A stretch of 54,259 bases of DNA. Source: Dehalococcoidia bacterium (lineage in GTDB: Bacteria > Chloroflexota > Dehalococcoidia > Lucifugimonadales > UBA3495). Below, in pieces: positions 47,118-54,259 of the stretch. The position numbers and the translations under genes are program-made. The notes below the pieces were generated by a model. That model was not told the origin of the DNA. It did no database searches and worked only from the letters and a program-made list of their open reading frames with translations. The stretch is from assembly GCA_030740155.1 (NCBI GenBank), contig JASLXV010000006.1:1-54259 (forward strand). The letters are read 5' to 3'. Positions within the stretch are counted from its first letter, which is position 1. Each line of letters starts with the position of its first letter.

Positions 47118-48392
47118 ATGCAACGACTAGCCCGCAAGCTCCCCTTTCATTACGGCTGGGTGATCGTGCTGACGGCCGGCTGCTCGATGTTCGTGCGCAA
47201 CGCCGCGGCGAGCCTGACCCTGGCCGTTTTCGTCCATCCCGTTTCTCAGGACCTGGGCTGGAGCCGAACCCTCATCGCCGGGGCGGCCAGCTTCGGCGGC
47301 CTGGCGTCGTCGGTTGCCTCACCGGCGGTGGGCTGGCTTTCCGACCGCTACGGCGTCCGGCTGGTGTTAACCTCCGGCGTCTTGATACTGGGCATCTCCA
47401 CCATCTCCCTGGCCTGGGCTACGGTGCCGGTCGCTTTCTACCTGGCCTACGGCATCGGCCGGGTTATCTTCTCCAGCTCCGTTCAAATCGGGGCAACTGT
47501 GGTGGTGGCCCGCTGGTTCGTGCAGCAACGAGGCCGGGCCATGGGCATCCTGTTCCTGTTCCAATCGGCGGGAATGGTGCTCTTCCCGTTGATCGCCTCC
47601 CTGGCCATCCAACACCGGGGCTGGCAGGAAGCCTGGATGCTGCTTGGGGCCCTGGTGTGGATCGTCGCGCTGGGACCGGCGTATCTGCTAATCGTCCAGC
47701 GGCCCGAGGACGTGGGGCTGCTGCCCGATGGGGGCGCGGCCCCCGCGAGAGTGGACGAGACCCCTTCGGCCACCGTGGCGGATGAACCGGCCTGGACCCT
47801 GCGGGAAGCAATTGCCACGCCCACCCTGTGGCTGCTGGCCGTTGCTACTGGCTCCCTGTTCGTGGTGCAGGCCGGAACCAACATCCACCAGGCCGCCTAC
47901 TTCGTCGACCAGGGCCTGGGGGTAACCGTGGCGGCGGTGGGCATCAGCCTGAACGCCGTATTCACCGGCGTGGGCAGCATTCTATGGGGTTGGATTCTGG
48001 AGAGGTTGCCGGTGCGCATTACCTTCGCCATGGTGGGCTTGTTGATGGCCATTACTTCGGCCCTGTTCACCACCGCCGACACCGCGGCGGAGGCGATGGC
48101 CTACGCTTCGATGTTTGGCATCTCGGTGGCCGGTATTCTGGTGGTGCCGGCGGTGGCTTACGCCGACTACTTCGGCCGCCGGTCCCTCGGCGCCATCCGG
48201 GGAGCGACCGAGCCATTTGTCTCCCTGGGGGGCGCCATCGGGGCGTTGACATCGGGCATCATTTTCGACGTTACCGGCAGCTATCACATCGCCTTTGTCA
48301 TCTTCTCCGGGGTGGGCCTGGCCGCCATTCCGCCGCTGCTCATGGCCCGGCCCCCCGTACGAACCGCGGCCCCGGCCCAGGGTTCACCCTAG
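47118..48392 (+). CDS. MFS transporter
   Basis: FHYGW, GWLSDRYG, RWF...RGRAMG, RPEDVGLLPDG and DYFGRRSLGAIRG. Paralogous to 38775-40097. Confidence 0.93.
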   Translation: MQRLARKLPFHYGWVIVLTAGCSMFVRNAAASLTLAVFVHPVSQDLGWSRTLIAGAASFGGLASSVASPAVGWLSDRYGVRLVLTSGVLILGISTISLAWATVPVAFYLAYGIGRVIFSSSVQIGATVVVARWFVQQRGRAMGILFLFQSAGMVLFPLIASLAIQHRGWQEAWMLLGALVWIVALGPAYLLIVQRPEDVGLLPDGGAAPARVDETPSATVADEPAWTLREAIATPTLWLLAVATGSLFVVQAGTNIHQAAYFVDQGLGVTVAAVGISLNAVFTGVGSILWGWILERLPVRITFAMVGLLMAITSALFTTADTAAEAMAYASMFGISVAGILVVPAVAYADYFGRRSLGAIRGATEPFVSLGGAIGALTSGIIFDVTGSYHIAFVIFSGVGLAAIPPLLMARPPVRTAAPAQGSP

Positions 48393-48646
48393 TCCGCCGG
48401 AAGCATCGCCCACCCGCACCAGCCTAGCGTGATGGTGTTGGATGGCTCACCTCGGCACGGGTTGCCCCAGAAGGTCACCCACTCTGGGCGCACCTCCCTA
48501 CAAAACGGCAATCGGCCGGGCCTGAAGCGGATTGTACCGCGTCTTGGCTACGAAACCAGCGCGAACCATGAAACTCCAACGGTCCGAACCGGGTTGATCC
48601 CCTCTCGGTGATGGAGAAGCTTTTCCCGCTATTGTGGAGGTAGGAT

Positions 48647-49144
48647 ATGCTCGACTTTCATGCCATCAAGGAGACCACGATCAACGCGTCACCCGAGGCT
48701 GTTTTCGATGTAGTGAGCGACCTGAGCCGGCACAGGGAGTTGGCGGGCAGTGGGGAGTTGGTGAACATCCGGTTATTGACCCCCGGTCCCGTGGGACTCG
48801 GAACGATGGTCGAGGCGGACGAGTCCATCCACCTGGGCGACCAGCACATGGAGTTTGCCGCCCGTTCCGTGGTGGTCGCCTTCGACCGTCCCAACACCAT
48901 TTCGTGGGTGCCCGCTCCACCCGTGCCGGTGCGCCGCATCCAGTGGTGGTTCCACCTGACCCCTGACGGTCAGGGCACCAAAGTGGTGCACGAAGCCGAA
49001 GTGGACCTGGGCGAGGGTGGCCGGGAGATGTTCGGCGGCACGGAGAACTACAACCAGACCCGTGGCGCCGACGTGATCCGAGGGATGGAAAAGACCCTCC
49101 AGAACCTGCAACAGATGGTGGAGCAACGGGTGACCGCCAGATAG
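48647..49144 (+). CDS. SRPBCC / polyketide cyclase-like (START-fold) protein
   Basis: TINASPEAVFDVVSD, L.P.G.GT.V.H and a C-terminal helix GMEKTLQNL. GGAGGT RBS. Confidence 0.88.
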   Translation: MLDFHAIKETTINASPEAVFDVVSDLSRHRELAGSGELVNIRLLTPGPVGLGTMVEADESIHLGDQHMEFAARSVVVAFDRPNTISWVPAPPVPVRRIQWWFHLTPDGQGTKVVHEAEVDLGEGGREMFGGTENYNQTRGADVIRGMEKTLQNLQQMVEQRVTAR

Positions 49145-49421
49145 CTCGGGCCGCCGGGCAGGTCCTGTCCGTCTCCGCGCACTGAAGTTTCGCGGAAGGC
49201 GAAGCCAGAAAACTTGGGCCGTTTCGAGTCCTGCATTGGGCTCGAAACGGCCCAAGTTGCATGTTTGAGAGGTGATGCGCCCACGGGCGCCAATCGGCCT
49301 CCTGAGCGGGAAGCCACCGAAGCGTTACCTGGGACCCGGCCTTCTCCGGATGGCGACCCAGGTATCGAGCCAATTACGAGACACTGGGCGAGCGAAGCCC
49401 GTAGGTGGGTTTCGCAGGCCC

Positions 49422-51029
49422 TTATCCCACACCGTCCGCCCGCCGCCGCAATACCCTTCCGGGGAGCGCTCCGGTGTGCTCACCGCCCTCGATGACCAAT
49501 TGGCCGTTGACCACCACGGCGCCGATCCCCGCCGCGTATTGGTGGGGATCATCGTAGGTGGCCCGGTCCCCAACCAACAGGGGGTCGAACACCGTGATGT
49601 CCGCCCAATGGCCCTCTTGTAGAGTCCCCCGATTTCTCAGGCGTAGCGCGGTAGCCGAGCCCCCGGTCATTTTGTAGATCGCCAGGGGCAAAGGCAGAAT
49701 TCCCAACTCCCGAACGTAGCGGCCCAGAACCCTGGGAAAGGTGCCGTAGAACCTGGGGTGTGGGCTGCCCTGGCTGGTCACGCCGTAGGTAGCCAGTGAG
49801 TTTCCGTCGGAGCCAACCATGACCATGGGCGAGCGCAGGATATCTTGAACGTCTTCCTCGGCCATTGACGTAACCACAATGCGGGTGTGGCCCTTATCCG
49901 CCACCAGGATGTCGCACGCGGTTTGAAGCGGGTCGTCGGACCGCTCCGACGCCATGACGCCCATCTTGCGGCCCGAGATTTCCGGCTGGCTGGGGGAAAT
50001 GGCGATCCGGACGGCGTCCCAGGATTCCACCCGGCCGAAGTTGGTGAGGCCGTCCCGGTCAATATCAGTCCTTATTTGGTCCAAGGCCTGGGGGCTGGTG
50101 AGCCGCGCCAGCATGGCCTCGACGCCGCCGGCTTGGACCCACAGCGGGAGCAGGTTGCGCAGAGGATTGGTGCCGGCGGTATATGGGTACTGGTCGCTGT
50201 GGACAACGACTCCCCGCTCCCGGGCGTTGGAAATCAATTCCAGCAGCTCTTGGGTCCGGCCCCAGTTATCCGTCCCGGACAGTTTCAGGTGGGCGACTTG
50301 AACTCGCACACCGGAGGCTTCGCCCACCGAAATCGCCTCGTTGACGGCCTCGAAGCCCCGGTTGGCTTCGTCGCGTACGTGGGAAGCGTAGGTGCCGCCG
50401 TGGCGTCGCAGGACTTGGGCCAAGGCGGCCAGCTCCCCGGTGGCGGCGTAATTGCCGGGCGCGGTGAACAGACCGCAGGACATTCCCAGCGCGCCTGCTT
50501 CTAAGGCTTCATCCAAAAGCCATTCCATTTGGGCCATGTCCTCGGAGGTGGGCGTCCGGTCGTCCATTCCCATGGTCATCAAGCGCAGGGTGGCGTGGCC
50601 CACTTGCATCACGGTATTCACTGAGATCGCGGGAAAGTCTTCCAGGTATTGGCCGAAGCTGGTCTCGGACAGTTCCAGCCAGGGCGCCCCGGCCGCCAGG
50701 TAGTCTTGCAGCAGGGCCACCTTTCCGGGCAGTACTGGGGCGGTAGAATAACCGCAGTTGCCGACGACTTCGGTGGTCACTCCCTGGCGTATCTTGCTCT
50801 CCGCCCGGTGGTTCAAGGGCAGGGTGAAATCGGAATGGGTGTGAATATCGATGAATCCCGGAGCTATCACCTGACCGGTCGCGTCGATAATCCGGCGAGC
50901 CTCGCGGCCGCTGCTGTCTCCGATTGCCACGATCCGGCCGCCTTGCACGGCGACGTCGCCGGAATAGGCCGGCCCGCCGGTGCCGTCGATAATCTCACCG
51001 CCGCGAATGATCAGGTCGTCCATTGCCAT
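49422..51029 (-). CDS. N-acyl-D-amino-acid deacylase (D-aminoacylase)
   Basis: IIDGTG, APGFIDIHTHSD, QGVTTEVVGNCG, SHVRDE, DQYPYTA, GSDG and PHPRFYGTFPR. GAAGGAGG RBS. Confidence 0.93.
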   Translation of the reverse strand: MAMDDLIIRGGEIIDGTGGPAYSGDVAVQGGRIVAIGDSSGREARRIIDATGQVIAPGFIDIHTHSDFTLPLNHRAESKIRQGVTTEVVGNCGYSTAPVLPGKVALLQDYLAAGAPWLELSETSFGQYLEDFPAISVNTVMQVGHATLRLMTMGMDDRTPTSEDMAQMEWLLDEALEAGALGMSCGLFTAPGNYAATGELAALAQVLRRHGGTYASHVRDEANRGFEAVNEAISVGEASGVRVQVAHLKLSGTDNWGRTQELLELISNARERGVVVHSDQYPYTAGTNPLRNLLPLWVQAGGVEAMLARLTSPQALDQIRTDIDRDGLTNFGRVESWDAVRIAISPSQPEISGRKMGVMASERSDDPLQTACDILVADKGHTRIVVTSMAEEDVQDILRSPMVMVGSDGNSLATYGVTSQGSPHPRFYGTFPRVLGRYVRELGILPLPLAIYKMTGGSATALRLRNRGTLQEGHWADITVFDPLLVGDRATYDDPHQYAAGIGAVVVNGQLVIEGGEHTGALPGRVLRRRADGVG

Positions 51030-51526
51030 CGGCCTCCTTCGAACATGCCGTTCCAGCAGGTGGATGTTGGGCGGGAGACGACATGCCGCGTTGGGCCACA
51101 TTGTACACGCAGCCGGGGACCCGCTCCGGCAAGAACGGGCCCCTGAACAAGTTGCCAAACTTTACGAGGAGAAAATCAACCTCAGTCCTCCTCTATGTAG
51201 GGGATATATGGGGGTTCGGCCCACGATCATACTTTCGATCAAGTCTAGCTGTCTATCCAAGGCTCCGTAGCGGTTGCCCTCGAAGCTTGTTGTCGCCAGG
51301 GATATTTCCGCCGGTACCACGCCTCTCGGCTATCCTGCTTCCCGGGTTCCGCCGAATCCGGTCTCCGGTTCCCGAGCCGTCATCCGTAAATGCGCCTCTT
51401 CGGGTGAACCAACGCGCCGGAGCTGGCAGCGAAATGCTATGATAGATGCAGCAATACCGGGATGACAGTAGGCGAAATGCTTGACCGTATCCCGTAAATC
51501 TTTGAATTCTGTCGGTCTGGAGCAAA

Positions 51527-53374
51527 ATGCAAACCCACGCCAACCCCAGCATTCGCAACCTGGCAATCATCGCCCACGTGGACCACGGCAAGACCACGTT
51601 GGTGGACGCTCTTTTGAAACAAAGCCAGGTTTTTCGGGCCAATCAGCAGGTTGGCGAGTTGATAATGGACACCAACCCATTGGAGCGGGAGAGAGGCATA
51701 ACCATTCTGGCCAAGAACGCCTCCATCACCTACCAAGGGGTCAAGATCAACATCATCGACACCCCGGGCCATGCCGACTTCAGCGGCGAGGTCGAGCGCA
51801 TCATGAACATGGCCGACGGTTGCCTGCTGCTGGTGGACGCCGTTGACGGGCCGATGCCCCAGACCACCTACGTGCTGAAAACGGCCCTCAGCCAGGGCGT
51901 CACCCCCATGGTGGTTATCAACAAGATCGACCGGCCCGAGGCTCGTGTCGCCGAAGTGGTCAGCTTGGTGCAGGACCTTTTCCTGGAGTTGGCTACCAAG
52001 CCGGAGCAGCTCGACTTTCCCGTCCTGTACACCTCGGCCCGCCACGGCTACGCGGCAGGCGACCCGGATGCCACGCCCGAGGACATGCAGCCCCTATTCG
52101 AGGCCATACTGAAATACGTCCCGCCTCCGACGGGAGACCCGGACGCGCCCCTCCAGATGCTGGTGGCTGCCCTGGATTATGACAACTATCTGGGCCAGGT
52201 GGCCATCGGCCGGGTATTTCGCGGCACCATCCGGCTGGGCGACCAGGTGGCCCTACTGGGGGTGGACGGCCAGATCTCGTACCATAAGCTGGAGCGGGTG
52301 TTCGTCTTCCGTGGCCTCGACCGCGTGGAGGTTGAGGAGGCCCGGGCCGGGGATATCGTTGCTGTGACCGGGGTCGAGAACGTGTCCATCGGCGTCACCA
52401 TCGCCGCCCCGGAAGGCGCCGAAGCCCTACCCACCATTCAGATCGACGAGCCGACGGTCAAGATGACCTTCGGCGTCAACAACTCGCCCTTCATGGGCAA
52501 AGAGGGCACCCATTCCACTTCGCGGGTGCTCCATGAAAGATTGATCAACGAGCTTAGGACCAACGTCAGCCTGCGGGTGGAGACCACCGACGTCACCGAC
52601 GTATTCCTGGTTTCCGGGCGAGGCGAGTTGCATCTGTCAATCCTGGTGGAGACCATGCGGCGGGAGGGGTTCGAGTTCCAGGTGTCGAAGCCCGAGCCGG
52701 TGACCAAGGTTGTCGATGGAAAGGTCCACGAGCCCTACGAGCAGCTGAGTATCAGCACCCGAGACGAGTATATCGGCGCGTTGACCGAGTACCTGTCCGG
52801 CCGCTTGGCCCAACTGGTGGACATGAGGTACGACGACTCCGGCAACGTGAACTTGGAGTACCATATCCCCACCCGGGGGCTGATCGGCTTCACCGCCTTC
52901 TTCCTGCGCACCACCCGGGGCAACGGGATGCAGAGCGGCGTTTTCACCGGTTACCGGCCCATGGAGGGGAACATAAAGTTGGCAAACACCGGGGTGCTCG
53001 TGGCCTGGAGTCCCGGAGTGGCCGTAACCTACGGCCTGCTGAATGCCCAGGCAAGGGGTGACACCATCATCGAGCCCGGCACACCGGTGTACGAGGGCAT
53101 GATCGTCGGAATGCACCGGCGGGAGGGGGATATTCCCATCAACGTGTGCAAAGAGAAGAAGCTGACCAACATGCGCTCGTCCACCGCCGACATCACCAGG
53201 CGGCTCAACGCCACCGTCCGGATGAGCTTGGACGAGGCCCTGGACTTCATCGCCGCCGACGAACTGGTGGAGGTTACCCCACAGAGCTTCCGCATGCGCA
53301 AGAAGCAGTTGTCCACCCACGCCCGGTCCCGCCAACGAGCCAACACAGCCAGGGGGCAGGCCAGCGCCGTGTAG
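51527..53374 (+). CDS. typA: Translational GTPase TypA/BipA
   Basis: [57 protein letters not shown] and KKLTNMRSS. Confidence 0.97.
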   Translation: MQTHANPSIRNLAIIAHVDHGKTTLVDALLKQSQVFRANQQVGELIMDTNPLERERGITILAKNASITYQGVKINIIDTPGHADFSGEVERIMNMADGCLLLVDAVDGPMPQTTYVLKTALSQGVTPMVVINKIDRPEARVAEVVSLVQDLFLELATKPEQLDFPVLYTSARHGYAAGDPDATPEDMQPLFEAILKYVPPPTGDPDAPLQMLVAALDYDNYLGQVAIGRVFRGTIRLGDQVALLGVDGQISYHKLERVFVFRGLDRVEVEEARAGDIVAVTGVENVSIGVTIAAPEGAEALPTIQIDEPTVKMTFGVNNSPFMGKEGTHSTSRVLHERLINELRTNVSLRVETTDVTDVFLVSGRGELHLSILVETMRREGFEFQVSKPEPVTKVVDGKVHEPYEQLSISTRDEYIGALTEYLSGRLAQLVDMRYDDSGNVNLEYHIPTRGLIGFTAFFLRTTRGNGMQSGVFTGYRPMEGNIKLANTGVLVAWSPGVAVTYGLLNAQARGDTIIEPGTPVYEGMIVGMHRREGDIPINVCKEKKLTNMRSSTADITRRLNATVRMSLDEALDFIAADELVEVTPQSFRMRKKQLSTHARSRQRANTARGQASAV

Positions 53375-53454
53375 GCTGGAGCTGGAATCTGGAATGATGA
53401 GTGCGCCGCCAGGAATATCCCGGCGACGCAAGTTATTGTCAAGAATCTCCGGCA

Positions 53455-53490
53455 ACCAAAGAGAGGGCCTTGCGGCCCTCTCTTTGGTTT
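53455..53490. terminator. Bidirectional hairpin terminator
   Basis: ACCAAAGAGAGGGCC-TTGC-GGCCCTCTCTTTGGT between typA and the tRNA fragment. Confidence 0.8.
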
Positions 53491-53497
53491 CAATATT

Positions 53498-53542
53498 TGG
53501 CAGGAGCGGGAGGATTCGAACCCCCGACCACTGGTTTTGGAG
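53498..53542 (-). mobile_element. att site: 3' half of tRNA-Trp (anticodon loop to CCA)
   Basis: The minus strand reads CTCCAAAACCAGTGGTCGGGGGTTCGAATCCTCCCGCTCCTGCCA. The D-arm and the 5' acceptor strand are absent. Confidence 0.88.
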
Positions 53543-53659
53543 TTCTGTGGTGGCCGTCTCGCCCTGTAATACTCAGTCCAATCTGGTACGGTTCCGTAGC
53601 TAAACCTACCCGTAATCTGTCTGGCCCATACCCTTCAATACCGCCCTATCATGCCAAAT

Positions 53660-53683
53660 ATGTCGGCAAAATGTCGGCAAAAT
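53660..53683. repeat. Tandem direct repeat, candidate integrase arm-type sites
   Basis: ATGTCGGCAAA twice, about 120 bp from the tRNA-Trp fragment. Confidence 0.55.
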
Positions 53684-53722
53684 TTCATAGCGGACTCAGA
53701 TACGAATGGCGAGAGTGTTGGG

Positions 53723-53863
53723 TTACTTGAACAGCTTCCGCAGTGACCAATGTTTCACTGACTTTGGCAAAGTCAGCCTTCTCATGAAGTTGCCCAGGTT
53801 GTAAGCCAGGACGAACAGCCATAGCCTCACCTGATTGGCCGCGGAGTTGTGGCAGGAAAGCCA
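53723..53863 (-). pseudogene. IS1380-family transposase fragment
   Basis: The frame reads LSCHNSAANQVRLWLFVLAYNLGNFMRRLTLPKSVKHWSLR, a typical IS1380 C-terminal motif. Confidence 0.82.
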
Positions 53864-54082
53864 TCATGGGGTCGGAGTCCGTTTAAGCAAGCGGCATCTA
53901 CCGCGGGTATAATAAAGGCCACGACTAGCAACCTGGAGGAACTTGCGCACAGCCTTGGACTGCGAGGGACGGCACGGCCTACTCAGGGCCGGGGAAGGTT
54001 TTAGCATGTGCTCCTGAAATGGAGAGGATGATCAAGTCTGGGCTTTAGGGCGTTAATGGCGCAGAATGCCAGATATCTAGCG

Positions 54083-54259
54083 ATGAAATCGAACTTCTTC
54101 AACCCTGCAACGAGGTTAACGATTCTCCTGGTGACCGTTGTCCTTCTTGCTTGCGGTGGGGCGAGCCAGACCGATATCGGACAAGAGGTGTCCTCAACAA
54201 CTGTAATGACAGCCAACCTGTCACCCACCATTGCTTCCTCTCTTGCTTTACGCGGCGAC
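54083..54259 (+). CDS. Putative lipoprotein, N-terminus only (runs off the window)
   Basis: MKSNFFNPATRLTILLVTVVLLAC-GG: hydrophobic stretch plus lipobox, and the frame is open to the edge. Confidence 0.6.
   Translation, partial: MKSNFFNPATRLTILLVTVVLLACGGASQTDIGQEVSSTTVMTANLSPTIASSLALRGD

Noticed and set aside
53470..53575. Functional tRNA-Trp gene
   Set aside because: The 5' acceptor strand and D-arm are missing, so it is treated as an att remnant.
53685..53867. 60-aa ORF as listed in the track
   Set aside because: Wrong frame. The transposase similarity lies in another minus-strand frame.

Overview
This is a GC-rich bacterial chromosomal segment. The gene content points to Chloroflexota, probably Dehalococcoidia/SAR202-like (inference only): rplI-dnaB-dnaD-tandem dnaC, paired family III CoA-transferases, MaoC pairs, and a Dehalococcoides-type ssrA-targeting recombinase remnant. 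The most notable element is an unannotated, highly structured non-coding RNA of about 480 nt on the minus strand (about 6762-7242). It has long-range closing helices, its own extended -10 promoter, and sequence blocks matching my recollection of the OLE RNA consensus, in an unexpected host and without an adjacent oapA gene. The left 5.8 kb is a decayed island: an IS3 end, an integrase fragment, hydantoinase/oxoprolinase A/B, an internally deleted IS3 element, and a serine recombinase tail ending in a tmRNA 3'-end att site. The middle holds a replication operon and a probable envelope-stress locus. That locus has two OmpR/kinase pairs (one kinase frameshifted in a C9 tract), a 907-aa MacA-like adaptor, a MacB-type ABC transporter and HtrA. 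Catabolic genes follow, with a tRNA(CAT), a molybdopterin oxidoreductase plus ferredoxin, and typA. The right end has a tRNA-Trp 3' fragment (att site) and an IS1380 fragment, marking the edge of another island. No CRISPR array or rRNA was seen. All family calls come from motif recognition, not database searches.
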